NCBI GenBank assembly: GCA_011772425.1
Contig: WVZO01000394.1
Location: 1 to 46,570, forward strand
From: Candidatus Aminicenantes bacterium
Lineage (GTDB): Bacteria; Acidobacteriota; Aminicenantia; UBA2199
DNA: 46,570 nt
Direction of reading: 5' to 3'
Shown: positions 8,071 to 17,986 of the stretch, piece after piece
Layout of the letters: each line of letters opens with the position of its first letter
Numbering within the stretch: position 1 is the first letter of the stretch
Notes under the pieces: model-generated
What the model saw: only the letters and a program-made list of their open reading frames with translations
The model's database searches: none
Told to the model about the DNA's origin: nothing
Program-made: the position numbers and the translations under genes

Positions 8071-8391
8071 ATGGCCCTAAGTATTATAGTTTATAACGGT
8101 TTTGGCGAGGATACGGGCAAACTGGTTTATGCCCAGGTTAATTCCGGCGATCCTGAGAGTATAAATCCAAAGGATCAAAAAACATTTCCGCTTGGCCTGA
8201 GGGATACCCTGTATACCTGGGCAGAGAAAAATAATACACCTGTTTATTGTTCTCTCAAATATCGTATGCAAAATAGTGACAAGTTTGCATTGGATACGGA
8301 CATGGAAAAGTCTGAAAAGAAATGGAAGATAACAAATCCTTCTTCCGGTCAAACCAATGTGAATGTCACTGTGGGTGACGATGATCAATAA
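8071..8391 (+). CDS. Hypothetical beta-rich protein, 106 aa
   Basis: AGGAGG SD upstream of the ATG; fills the gap between same-strand genes. Confidence 0.75.
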   Translation: MALSIIVYNGFGEDTGKLVYAQVNSGDPESINPKDQKTFPLGLRDTLYTWAEKNNTPVYCSLKYRMQNSDKFALDTDMEKSEKKWKITNPSSGQTNVNVTVGDDDQ

Positions 8392-8417
8392 GTAGGGGCA
8401 ACTCTCAGTGGTTGCCC
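8392..8417 (+). repeat. GTAG-type REP-like hairpin
   Basis: GTAG-GGGCAAC-TCTCAGTG-GTTGCCC immediately after a stop codon. Confidence 0.6.
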
Positions 8418-8496
8418 ATAAAAGACATTATACGAGAATTGCTGAAAAAAGGAGGTATTACTTTACAATCTTTGGCGGTTATTATACAATAGGAGC

Positions 8497-11400
8497 ATGC
8501 CTTTAAAGACCGGTATGCGAGTTATTATTTTTGCGCTTTTCCTTTGGGGGTTCCTGTTTTTTGGTTTTTTCCGGGAATTTTTATTTTGCCAGGTGGCCCG
8601 GGATAGCGGTTTTAAATATTTCAAGAACTACAGTTCCGAAGATTATGGTCTCAGCCTCCAGAACTGGTGTATTTTACAGGATAAACGCGGGGTTATTTAT
8701 GTTGCCAACCAGACCGGGTTATTGGAATATGATGGGGTTTCCTGGCGGGCTATTAATATTCCCAACTTTATCGTACGTTCGCTGGCCTTTGAGGATTCCG
8801 GCACGATTTATATCGGCGGGATAAACGAAATCGGATTTCTTTCTCCTGCACGCAGTGGAACCAGGCAATACGTATCCCTGGTGAATCATATCGATAAGAG
8901 TAAACGAAACTTCTCCACCGTACTGAGAGCCCATGCTGCAAATGAGGGGATATATTTCTATACTACCAAATACCTGTTCCGCTGGAATCCAACTTCGAAA
9001 ACTTTCAGCGTATGGGAGCCGAAGGGAACGGGCGTTCGTTTCAATGCGTCCTTTACCTGTAATGGGAAATTCTTTATTCACCAGAGAAAATTCGGGCTTA
9101 TGCATATTGAAGACAACTCCTTGCAATTGATCCCCGGCAATGAGACCTTTGCGGAAGTAAAGATTTACATGATGGCTCCATACGACACCGGGAAGTTGTT
9201 GATTGGAACCCGGGAAAACGGGCTTTTTCTCTATGACGGCAAAAAAACCGTGCCTTTCCACACAAACGTGGATGATTATATAAAGGAGAATCAACTATAT
9301 CATGGCATCCGGTTATTGTTATCACCTGGTGATTTTGCACTGGCAACACTCAGGGGAGGCGTTGTTATTATCGATTCCCAGGGTCGCCTCAAACAAATTC
9401 TCGATAAAACCTATGGCCTACGGGTAAACAATGTAAAGTACGTTTTTGAGGATTTCCAGGGTAACCTGTGGTTGGCCATGGTTAAAGGAATAGCGAAAAT
9501 TGAATATGTTTCTCCCTTTTTGATCTACGATGACCAGTCAAACCTGCCGGAATTGGTGCTTTCGGTTGTCAAACACGGTCCTAAAAATGATTTATATGCG
9601 GGGACTACCAGTGGATTATATGTTCTGGCATCTCCATATTCTGACTCTTTCCGGCATGTTCCCGGGATATCTGCTAATTGCTTCTCCCTTCTTTCAGTGG
9701 GTGATTTCCTGTTAGCAGCAACTTCACGCGGTATTTTCCAGGTCGAAAATAAAAACGAAACCAGCAGCATAAGAAAGATTATTAATATTCGTTCTTATTT
9801 TTTACACCAATCAAAAGTAGAATCAAGCCGCGTCTGGGTGGGAACGCGGCAGGGATTGGTTTCGCTATATTTATCATCAAAAAGCGAAAACCAAAACAGA
9901 AAACAATGGGTAAAAGAATATCAATTTGAAAATATAACCGAAGAAATACGAACCATTGTTGAAGATAAAAAAGGAAATTTGTGGTTGGGACCTAGGGTAG
10001 AGGGGGTTTTAAAAGTCGATTTTCCCCTTGATGGGACAGTTGGGACAAGGAAAACCCGTATAATAAGGTATGATACGTCACATAAGCTGCCTCCTGAAGA
10101 GGTTCGTGTATTTATGGCAGCTGGGCATGTCATGTTTGCCACCGGGAAAGGAATTTTTCGTTTCAATGAGAAGACCGGGGAATTTCTCCCCGATACCACA
10201 TTAGGAGAGGAATTCGCCGGTGGTGAAAAAGGGAGAGCTGTTTTTCGCATCGTGGAAGACAAAAAGAAAAATATCTGGCTTCATTCAGATGTAAGAAACA
10301 TCCAGGCAATACCCGGACCGGGCGGGACTTATGTTATAAATAAAAAACCCTTTCTCAAGCTTTCTCGCACTCAGGTGGAGACCATTTACCCGGACCCTGA
10401 CGGATATATTACCTGGTTTGCAAGCCATGAGGGGCTGATTCGATACGATACCACAGTGGAAAAGAAATATGATATTGATTTCCAAACGCTTATCCGCGAG
10501 GTGGTGGTCAATGGAACACCTATGATGTATGATATCAGGGAAGGCAAATATAAAACAGGTCAGGATTGGAAGGTTGACTTTCCTGTGATTCCCTACAGGG
10601 ATAGAAACCTTCGCTTCGAGTTTAGCGCACTTTTCTTTGAAGATGAGTCCAAAATCAGGTATCGATATCTCCTGGAAGGCTACGATGAGAATTGGTCCGA
10701 TTGGGGTTCGGAAACCAAAATCGATTACACCAATCTCGATTCCGGTGATTATACCTTCCGGGTGCGGGCGAAAAATATTTACGAGAATGAAAGCCGGGAA
10801 GCGATTTTTCATTTTAAAATTTTGCTCCCCTGGTATAGGACATGGTGGGCGTATTTGTCTTATGCTATTGCGTTTTTACTGTTGACGTACCTCATTGTTA
10901 AATGGCGGCATGCAATTACACTAAAACTGGAAAAACAAAAACTTGAACGAATCGTTAAAGAAAGAACAAAGGAGATCGAAGAGAAAAATCGACAATTGGA
11001 AGAACAATCGGAAAAACTCAAGGAAATGGATAAAGTGAAATCCCGTTTTTTTGCCAATATTTCTCATGAATTCCGCACGCCCTTGACATTGATTATGGGG
11101 CCCCTGGAGCAAATGCTTTCCGGTTCCCGCGAAAGTGAGTTAGAACAGAAGAAGAGATTTAAATTGATGCTGCGGAATTCCCAGCGATTACTGGGATTAA
11201 TCAACCAGTTGCTGGAATTGTCAAAATTAGACAGTGGAGAAGTGAGATTGCAAGCCAGCCGGCAAAATATAGTTCCTTTTTTAAAGGGTATTGCGGCTTC
11301 CTTTGAAATGGCAGCCGCACAAAACGAACTGGATTTAATTTTTCACGCCGAAGAGGAAAACATAACGCTTTATTTTGATCCGGGAAAGCTGGAAGAAGCG

Positions 11401-12654
11401 ATCTGCAACCTTATTTCAAACGCCGTAAAATTTACCCCTGCCGGTGGAAGAATTTCCCTTTCAGTTAAAATTTCTCCTGGTTCGGATTTCGGGGAAATTT
11501 CTGTCTCCGATACCGGGCCGGGAATTCCCCGGGACCAGTTGGAGCATATTTTTGATCGCTTTTACCAGGCAGACAGCACCTATGAACATCACCGCAAAGG
11601 GTCCGGCATCGGTCTTTCCATTACCAGGGAACTGGTGGAACTTCATCATGGAACCATCGCTGCCCATACTGGTGAAGGTGAAGAGAGCGGCACTACATTT
11701 ACTATCCGGCTTCCTCTGGGAGACGCGCACCTGGAGCCGGAGGAAATCGTGGATTTATCCGAAACAGCACCGAGAATGCAGGAATACGGTAGAATTCCAG
11801 CCGCAGCCATGATGGAAAAAGAGGAAGAAGACCTCGAACCATTGGGTGAAGATGTTGAAAAAGAATCCGCCGCTGCTGAGAAAGATATTATTCTCGTGGT
11901 GGAAGACAGTGCCGATCTCCGGGACTACATGCGGAGAGCACTTGAACCGCATTACCGGGTTGTGGATGCCGCCGACGGAGAGGAAGGCATTGAAAAAGCC
12001 AAAGAGATTATCCCTGACCTTATTGTCAGCGATATCATGATGCCGAAAAAGGATGGGTATGAATTGTGTCGTAATCTAAAAAACGACATCGAGATCTGCC
12101 ATATCCCGGTTATCCTGTTAACGGCTAAAGCGTCGGAAGAAGATGTTCTCCAGGGTCTGGAAACCGGGGCGGACGATTATATTACCAAACCCTTTAATAC
12201 CATGCTGTTGATGGCACGGATCAAAAACCTCATCGATCTGCGCCGTCAATTGCAGTTGAAATTAAACCGGGAGATGACACGGCAGCCGGTTGAGATTTCC
12301 GTATCACCCATGGATAATGAATTCATAAAGGATTTGCAAGAAGTGATCGAGAAGAATTTGGGAGACCCGGATTTTAACGTGGAAGAGTTGTGTAAAAAGC
12401 TTTATATGAGCCGGCCCACCGTGTACCGGAAAATCCAGGCCTTAACCGGGGAATCTCCCACGGATTTTATTCGCTCGTACCGGCTTAAACGGGCGGCTCA
12501 ATTGCTGGAAAGCGGTTTTGGCTCGATCACGGAAGTGGCTTTTGAAGTGGGGTTTTCCAGCCGTGCCTATTTTACCAAGTGTTTTAAAGAAAAATTTCAT
12601 CAATTGCCTTCCAGTTTCCTGGAAGCAGAGTTTAGAGAGACGACGAATCATTAG
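8497..12654 (+). CDS. Hybrid two-component sensor/regulator (beta-propeller, Y_Y_Y, HisKA, HATPase, REC, AraC HTH)
   Basis: YRYLLEGYD (Y_Y_Y), SHEFRTPL H-box, NAVKFT/DTGPGI/GSGIGL, SDIMMP receiver, EVAFEVGFSSRAYFTKCFK AraC helix. Confidence 0.95.
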   Translation: MPLKTGMRVIIFALFLWGFLFFGFFREFLFCQVARDSGFKYFKNYSSEDYGLSLQNWCILQDKRGVIYVANQTGLLEYDGVSWRAINIPNFIVRSLAFEDSGTIYIGGINEIGFLSPARSGTRQYVSLVNHIDKSKRNFSTVLRAHAANEGIYFYTTKYLFRWNPTSKTFSVWEPKGTGVRFNASFTCNGKFFIHQRKFGLMHIEDNSLQLIPGNETFAEVKIYMMAPYDTGKLLIGTRENGLFLYDGKKTVPFHTNVDDYIKENQLYHGIRLLLSPGDFALATLRGGVVIIDSQGRLKQILDKTYGLRVNNVKYVFEDFQGNLWLAMVKGIAKIEYVSPFLIYDDQSNLPELVLSVVKHGPKNDLYAGTTSGLYVLASPYSDSFRHVPGISANCFSLLSVGDFLLAATSRGIFQVENKNETSSIRKIINIRSYFLHQSKVESSRVWVGTRQGLVSLYLSSKSENQNRKQWVKEYQFENITEEIRTIVEDKKGNLWLGPRVEGVLKVDFPLDGTVGTRKTRIIRYDTSHKLPPEEVRVFMAAGHVMFATGKGIFRFNEKTGEFLPDTTLGEEFAGGEKGRAVFRIVEDKKKNIWLHSDVRNIQAIPGPGGTYVINKKPFLKLSRTQVETIYPDPDGYITWFASHEGLIRYDTTVEKKYDIDFQTLIREVVVNGTPMMYDIREGKYKTGQDWKVDFPVIPYRDRNLRFEFSALFFEDESKIRYRYLLEGYDENWSDWGSETKIDYTNLDSGDYTFRVRAKNIYENESREAIFHFKILLPWYRTWWAYLSYAIAFLLLTYLIVKWRHAITLKLEKQKLERIVKERTKEIEEKNRQLEEQSEKLKEMDKVKSRFFANISHEFRTPLTLIMGPLEQMLSGSRESELEQKKRFKLMLRNSQRLLGLINQLLELSKLDSGEVRLQASRQNIVPFLKGIAASFEMAAAQNELDLIFHAEEENITLYFDPGKLEEAICNLISNAVKFTPAGGRISLSVKISPGSDFGEISVSDTGPGIPRDQLEHIFDRFYQADSTYEHHRKGSGIGLSITRELVELHHGTIAAHTGEGEESGTTFTIRLPLGDAHLEPEEIVDLSETAPRMQEYGRIPAAAMMEKEEEDLEPLGEDVEKESAAAEKDIILVVEDSADLRDYMRRALEPHYRVVDAADGEEGIEKAKEIIPDLIVSDIMMPKKDGYELCRNLKNDIEICHIPVILLTAKASEEDVLQGLETGADDYITKPFNTMLLMARIKNLIDLRRQLQLKLNREMTRQPVEISVSPMDNEFIKDLQEVIEKNLGDPDFNVEELCKKLYMSRPTVYRKIQALTGESPTDFIRSYRLKRAAQLLESGFGSITEVAFEVGFSSRAYFTKCFKEKFHQLPSSFLEAEFRETTNH

Positions 12655-12672
12655 CATTCTTAAGGAGGACCG

Positions 12673-13806
12673 ATGAAGATTAGACCTTTTGGTTTACTGG
12701 TATCGATAGTTTTGGTGGTGTTTGCTGCGGGAGGCATGCAGCTGCTGGGGGCACAGGAGCAGGTAATGGAGAACCCGGAGAATCCGCCGGCAAAGAATGC
12801 CGGGCGTAAAGTAAAAATCACCGAAGTGATACGCATTACTGATGAAGGGGGTGATTTTTACTTCAAGGATCCCGGCTATATTAAAGTGGCGCCGGACGGC
12901 AGTATATTCGTCGTGGATGACAAACAGTTCTTGAAGTTTGATAAAGAGGGGAAATTTGTGGCCAATCTCCAGAAAGTAGGGGAGGGGCCCGGCGAATATA
13001 CATATATGGCCGATTATCATCTCACCGCTGATCACCTGTGGATTCTAACTTTCATGCCCCCCAAGTTGCTGAAATGCGACCTTTCCGGTGGCCTGATTAA
13101 AGAGACACGGCTGAAAGCGGGACGCGGTTTTAAGCGAGTGCTGGGATTTTTTAGTGACAAATTCTATTACGTCATTACCGTTATTGATTTCAATAAAACA
13201 AAATCCGGTATCAGGGTGTTTAATCAAAACTTGCATGTTTCCACTTTTGACGATCAAATCACGGATTTGAAGTTGAATTTCCCCTTTCGCCGCTTTGTGG
13301 TAAAAAGGATTTATAAGGGGAGCCGCATGATGATGATGCGAAGTCTGGATTATTTTTGCTATGCCTTAGAGAATGAACATTCCCTGTTTCTATCTCATAC
13401 AGCACGGTACCTGGTCAAGCAAGTGGACCTGGCTAAGGGCAAAATAATCGCCCGGTTCAAGCGAACGTATAAACCGCTGCCTTATATCCCGGAAAAATCC
13501 GATATCCAGGAGAATGGGATTACGGATTTTAAGAAAAAATATTTTTCCGATATTACCGGGCTTTCTCTTTATAAAAACAGGTTATGGGTGTTTACCTCCA
13601 GGCTGGATGAGAAAAAGGGCATACTTGTGGACGTTTTCAGCTTTGCTGGAAAATACCTGGACAATTTTTACCTGCCGCTGCCCGGGCTTGAGCGGCCCGA
13701 CAGTATGGAAAGAAAACCTTTTACCATTGTAGGCGATTATCTTTACATCATGGAAAAGAATGAAGAGGAAGTCCCCACCATTGTCAAATACAAGATAGAT
13801 ATGTAA
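12673..13806 (+). CDS. Exported 6-bladed beta-propeller protein
   Basis: Signal peptide; GEGPGEY motif and ...DVFSFAGKYL...IVKYKI tail. Confidence 0.8.
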   Translation: MKIRPFGLLVSIVLVVFAAGGMQLLGAQEQVMENPENPPAKNAGRKVKITEVIRITDEGGDFYFKDPGYIKVAPDGSIFVVDDKQFLKFDKEGKFVANLQKVGEGPGEYTYMADYHLTADHLWILTFMPPKLLKCDLSGGLIKETRLKAGRGFKRVLGFFSDKFYYVITVIDFNKTKSGIRVFNQNLHVSTFDDQITDLKLNFPFRRFVVKRIYKGSRMMMMRSLDYFCYALENEHSLFLSHTARYLVKQVDLAKGKIIARFKRTYKPLPYIPEKSDIQENGITDFKKKYFSDITGLSLYKNRLWVFTSRLDEKKGILVDVFSFAGKYLDNFYLPLPGLERPDSMERKPFTIVGDYLYIMEKNEEEVPTIVKYKIDM

Positions 13807-13826
13807 ATTCCCTTTTCTTTCCCTGT

Positions 13827-14795
13827 TTATTCTTTTATAAATAATGGTGTTGCAGTGGTCTTATTTCTTCCTTCATGCTTCGATTGATAGAGGTTTTTAT
13901 CGGCTTGTTGGATCAAGGCGTCGAGGGTGATTTCTTTTTCAAAGGAGGCACCGTCGACAGCGGTTACACCAAAGCTGGCGGTGAGATGAATTATCCTTTC
14001 TTTCCATTTAATTTCCTTTTGGGCAACGAGCTTTCGAATTCTTTCGGCCACACAATAGGCGCCCTCCAGGTCTGTTTCAGGAAGTATGATTAAAAACTCC
14101 TCCCCCCCGTATCGGGAAACCCAGTCCAATTCGCCCCGGATCGAATGATGAATGCATTTGCAAAATTTTTTTAATACAAAATCCCCGGCCTGATGCCCGT
14201 ACGTATCATTTATATTCTTAAAATGATCGATATCACAAAAAATCAACGAGAGGGGATGCCCGTATCTCTTTACCCTATTTATCTCCTGCATAAGTTTTTT
14301 CATCATATATCCCCGGTTAAAACATCCGGTCAGGGGATCGGTAATGGATAAAATCTGGACTTTCTCGTTGGCTTCCCTTAAATTCTTTTCCAGTGCCAGT
14401 ATTCGCATCCCTGAATCCAAACGGGCGATTAATTCAGCATAGTTGATGGGTTTGGTTATATAATCATCGGCACCGGCTTCCAGGCCGGTAATAATGTCTT
14501 GTTTTGAATCCTTGGCTGTCAGGAGAACAATAAAAACATAACCTTTATTGGGGTTTTGCCTGATGGCCTCACATAATTCGAGGCCGCTCATCTCCGGCAT
14601 CATCCAATCTGTTAAAACGATAGGGAAGAATTTTTTTTTGAATAGTTCAAAGGCTCTTCGACCATTTTCCACTGATGTGACCGTGTACCCGGCATTTTTT
14701 AGTATCTTTTCAAGATATTTTCGTGAGATGTAATTATCCTCAACAATTAGGATGGGGAAATCAGGTTTCAATTTATTTAATTTATCTTCTCTCAT
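13827..14795 (-). CDS. Response regulator diguanylate cyclase (REC-GGDEF)
   Basis: TDWMMP receiver; DPLTG, DIDHFKNINDTYGH, RYGGEEF. Confidence 0.95.
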   Translation of the reverse strand: MREDKLNKLKPDFPILIVEDNYISRKYLEKILKNAGYTVTSVENGRRAFELFKKKFFPIVLTDWMMPEMSGLELCEAIRQNPNKGYVFIVLLTAKDSKQDIITGLEAGADDYITKPINYAELIARLDSGMRILALEKNLREANEKVQILSITDPLTGCFNRGYMMKKLMQEINRVKRYGHPLSLIFCDIDHFKNINDTYGHQAGDFVLKKFCKCIHHSIRGELDWVSRYGGEEFLIILPETDLEGAYCVAERIRKLVAQKEIKWKERIIHLTASFGVTAVDGASFEKEITLDALIQQADKNLYQSKHEGRNKTTATPLFIKE

Positions 14796-14832
14796 GTGGA
14801 TGCTACCGCTTCACCTCATTTGATTTTTAATA

Positions 14833-15099
14833 TTAATCCTTTTTTGCATCTCCACCGGAGATCAGATGGATAAAAGCAACAAACAGGGTTGCACCGATAA
14901 TGGACCAGATCACAGGAATTCCATTGATAATCAGGATTTGTCTCATTTGAAGTTTTTGGCTCAGCCAGCCGCCGATCAATGCACCGATAAACCCCAAGGC
15001 AATACTTGCCAAACAGCCTTTTTTGGAAGCACCGGCAATACTGGCTCCGATGGAGCCGCAGATAGCAGCGATTACAAGAAGAATCAAAATTTTAATCAT
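14833..15099 (-). CDS. GlsB/YeaQ/YmgE-family small membrane protein
   Basis: Three Gly-rich TM segments; GFIGALIGGWL...SIIGA pattern. Confidence 0.85.
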   Translation of the reverse strand: MIKILILLVIAAICGSIGASIAGASKKGCLASIALGFIGALIGGWLSQKLQMRQILIINGIPVIWSIIGATLFVAFIHLISGGDAKKD

Positions 15100-15124
15100 T
15101 GATCAACTCCTTACTTTAATTAAT

Positions 15125-15272
15125 GCCACAAAGACACGAAGAAACGAAGACACGAAGATAAATAAAATAAAATGATACTATATTTTGGAGAGAATTAAAA
15201 GACATCTTTTGCTATATTTGGTATAATCTAGGACTAAATTTATTTACCTTTGTGCCTTTGTGTCTTAGTGGC
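15125..15272. repeat. Inverted pair of octamer tandem arrays
   Basis: Left arm GCCACAAAGACACGAAGAAACGAAGACACGAAG (15125-15157); right arm CTTTGTGCCTTTGTGTCTTAGTGGC (15248-15272). Confidence 0.85.
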
Positions 15273-15293
15273 TAAAAAATTAGAGGTTGAAAA

Positions 15294-16142
15294 ATGAAAT
15301 ATGTAGGAGCTCATGTGAGTACCACCGGTGGTGTGCATCATGCGCCATTAAATGCCAGGAAAATTGGAGCCACTGCGTTTGCCCTGTTTACCAAGAACCA
15401 GAGGCAGTGGAAATCAAAACCATTAACCGAGGATGAAATCAGTAAATTTAAGGAATATTGTGAAAAAGAGAATTACTCTTCGGATTATATTTTACCCCAT
15501 GATACGTACCTGATTAACCTGGGAGCACCGGAGAAGGAAATGCTGGAAAAATCCCGGGAAACATTTATCGATGAATTGAGGCGGTGCTGTCAACTGGGAT
15601 TGAAGTACTTGAATTTTCATCCGGGCAGTCACAAAAAGAAGATGTCGGATGAGGAATGTCTGAAGTTGGTGGCTGAGAGTGTGAATATCTGCCTGGGAGA
15701 AACGCAATACGTGATGGCAGTGATTGAGGCTACTGCCGGTCAGGGAGGGAATGTCGGGTACCGGTTCCAACACCTGGCGGCATTGATCGAGATGGTAGAG
15801 GATAAAACCCGTGTGGGAGTTTGCCTGGACACCTGTCATATTTTTGCGGCGGGTTATGACATCCGCACGCCTGAAGCCTATGAAAAAACCATGAGGGAAT
15901 TCGCTGAGGTTGTGGGGTTTAACTATCTTGTCGGCATGCATTTGAATGATGCCAAAGTGGAATTGGGAAGCCGTAAAGATCGTCATCACAGTCTTGGGAA
16001 GGGGGAACTGGGCTGGGATACCTTCAAAATCATCATGCAGGACCCGCGTTTGGATGATATGCCGCTGGTTCTGGAGACCATTGATGAGGACCTGTGGGCA
16101 GAGGAGATCAAGCAGCTTAAAAGCTTTGTCAGCACCTCCTAG
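15294..16142 (+). CDS. nfo: Endonuclease IV
   Basis: [42 protein letters not shown] motifs. Confidence 0.96.
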   Translation: MKYVGAHVSTTGGVHHAPLNARKIGATAFALFTKNQRQWKSKPLTEDEISKFKEYCEKENYSSDYILPHDTYLINLGAPEKEMLEKSRETFIDELRRCCQLGLKYLNFHPGSHKKKMSDEECLKLVAESVNICLGETQYVMAVIEATAGQGGNVGYRFQHLAALIEMVEDKTRVGVCLDTCHIFAAGYDIRTPEAYEKTMREFAEVVGFNYLVGMHLNDAKVELGSRKDRHHSLGKGELGWDTFKIIMQDPRLDDMPLVLETIDEDLWAEEIKQLKSFVSTS

Positions 16143-16675
16143 GACAGCAGTTTTAATCCATATAAATTCAATTCTTTATCCAGTTGGCGGTAATTGGGGA
16201 ACTCTCTGGCAATAATGGTTTTGAATTTTCGATTGTGTCCCTTTACAATCAGGTGGGCCAACTCGTGAAAAATAATATAGGCAATCAGGTGCTCCGGTAC
16301 AAATTGCAAAAAGATGTTCAGTGTTATGATAGCGCCATTGCGGCAGCTGCCCCATCTGCGCTTCATTTTTCGGAATTTGACCTGGGAGATTTTCACTTTC
16401 AGCTGCCGGGAATACCGCTCCACGTATCGCGAAATAATCGCTTTAAACTCCTCCTCTGTCCAGTCTGTCATAGGGATCTTCCTGGCTGTTTCTATTTGTC
16501 CCATTAATCGCTGGTATTTTTTTAAAATGGAAGTCTTGTTGTCGTTTAGGACTTTAAACGGGTTGATGCCCGGGGGTACAATTACACGCAGCCTCCCGGG
16601 TACGGCTTTGAATTCGACCCGGGGATATTTCACCCGGCGGTGAATCACTTCAAGTGGTATGCCTTCAAATTCCAT
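16139..16675 (-). CDS. YgjP/DUF45-like zinc metallopeptidase-domain protein
   Basis: MKRRWGSC...[10 protein letters not shown]...HNRKF. Confidence 0.88.
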   Translation of the reverse strand: MEFEGIPLEVIHRRVKYPRVEFKAVPGRLRVIVPPGINPFKVLNDNKTSILKKYQRLMGQIETARKIPMTDWTEEEFKAIISRYVERYSRQLKVKISQVKFRKMKRRWGSCRNGAIITLNIFLQFVPEHLIAYIIFHELAHLIVKGHNRKFKTIIAREFPNYRQLDKELNLYGLKLLS

Positions 16676-16679
16676 TTTT

Positions 16680-17561
16680 TTAATACAAATACGGTGCCAG
16701 GCACTCGTTCCACTTCTTTATATCCCCGGGTCGTAATATCGCTTTATCATTATCCTTTTGTAAGATGATCTTTTTTCCTTCAATCCTGATACTTGCCCTG
16801 GCCTCGTTAAGCTTGATCTCCCATATAAGTTTCCTGAATACAAAAACCATTAATCGCGTGGCGGTTAACACCAAATAACAGGCACTGCTTTTCCTCCTGT
16901 ACTTCTGTACGCTGGTGAAATACACAAAATTCTCTTCACAACGGATGGGGTCTCCTATAAAGTATTTTGAAGCGGGCTTTTTCCCGGACAGGGAAAAAAT
17001 AAGTACGATTATAAATACGGGCAGCAGCATCCCGAAAAAAAATATAAGATCAGTGATATAGGCTCTAAATGGTATCGAGGGTTTTAGCAGGGTGATTGGT
17101 TCGCCCTGGTAAAAATTATTCGCTGTTATTTTATCCAAAATGTGAACAGCAGAGAAAACCGAACCCGATGCCACACTGAAATAAACCGTCGTGTCCCCTA
17201 TGGTCTGCGCAAACACGACTTCATAAGATTTGCGCCGAGAGGAAATATAAAAAGTCCTCTCCGGGTTCGGTGAGGTTCGATAAATCATCTTCCGGCCGTC
17301 CCCGGGCAACCGGTTAACATCCATGGCCGGACCCAAGGCAATTTTTATACCAACGAATATCTTCCTCAGGGAATAGAATTCCCACTTTTTATCTTGACTC
17401 TGGTAAATACTGACCTTAAAACCCTCCGGTATGTTGGTCATTAGGCCTCTCCAGTCCAAAGGCTCGTAACTGCTGAAAAGCCCCGGACCAAAATAGATAT
17501 AAAAGGCCACAGCCACTATAATCATGTACGGGATAATGATGATTGCCACTATTTTTTTCAT
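16680..17561 (-). CDS. Hypothetical membrane protein (2 TM, possible PH-like C-terminus)
   Basis: Long ORF in operon context with two hydrophobic segments. Confidence 0.75.
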   Translation of the reverse strand: MKKIVAIIIIPYMIIVAVAFYIYFGPGLFSSYEPLDWRGLMTNIPEGFKVSIYQSQDKKWEFYSLRKIFVGIKIALGPAMDVNRLPGDGRKMIYRTSPNPERTFYISSRRKSYEVVFAQTIGDTTVYFSVASGSVFSAVHILDKITANNFYQGEPITLLKPSIPFRAYITDLIFFFGMLLPVFIIVLIFSLSGKKPASKYFIGDPIRCEENFVYFTSVQKYRRKSSACYLVLTATRLMVFVFRKLIWEIKLNEARASIRIEGKKIILQKDNDKAILRPGDIKKWNECLAPYLY

Positions 17562-17590
17562 CTCACTACCTACTTTGTTTTAGGGTTATG

Positions 17591-17667
17591 TGCCACGAAG
17601 ACACCTAGACACAAAGGGTTCTGAATATAAAATAATTTATACTTCGTGCCTTTGTGCCTTTGTGGCA
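17591..17667. repeat. Inverted pair of octamer tandem arrays (same family as 15125-15272)
   Basis: TGCCACGAAGACACCTAGACACAAAG ... CTTCGTGCCTTTGTGCCTTTGTGGCA. Confidence 0.85.
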
Positions 17668-17680
17668 TTTTTTCTTTTTC

Positions 17681-17986
17681 TTAAAACGGGTCATCTTCAC
17701 CGATATTGGTTGCGTTGCTGCCTGTGTCGTTATCTTCCTGTGGGGGTTCCTGGGAATCTGATTCCGATGAACTTCTCAGTAATTGGGAAAATTCAGTTTC
17801 CAGCTTCTTAAATTCTCCTTTTTGTTTATTCAATATTTCCATACAGGTACGGGCTGCCCCCAATGCTTCCCTGGTTTTTTCCACCAGGTCATCGATGCCG
17901 ATTTCATCTTTATTTAAGGATTCGGTGATTCTTTCTAAGATAGCATAATTGTCTTCATATTTGCGGGATTGCGAATCATCACTCAT
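17681..17986 (-). CDS. xseB: Exodeoxyribonuclease VII small subunit with an acidic tail
   Basis: YEDNYAILERITESLNKDEIGIDDLV...C..IL; overlaps the xseA stop. Confidence 0.85.
   Translation of the reverse strand: MSDDSQSRKYEDNYAILERITESLNKDEIGIDDLVEKTREALGAARTCMEILNKQKGEFKKLETEFSQLLRSSSESDSQEPPQEDNDTGSNATNIGEDDPF

Noticed and set aside
8531-12657. Many short overlapping or antisense ORFs inside the HTCS and other long genes
   Set aside because: Shadow ORFs with no SD or motifs, lying within well-supported CDSs.
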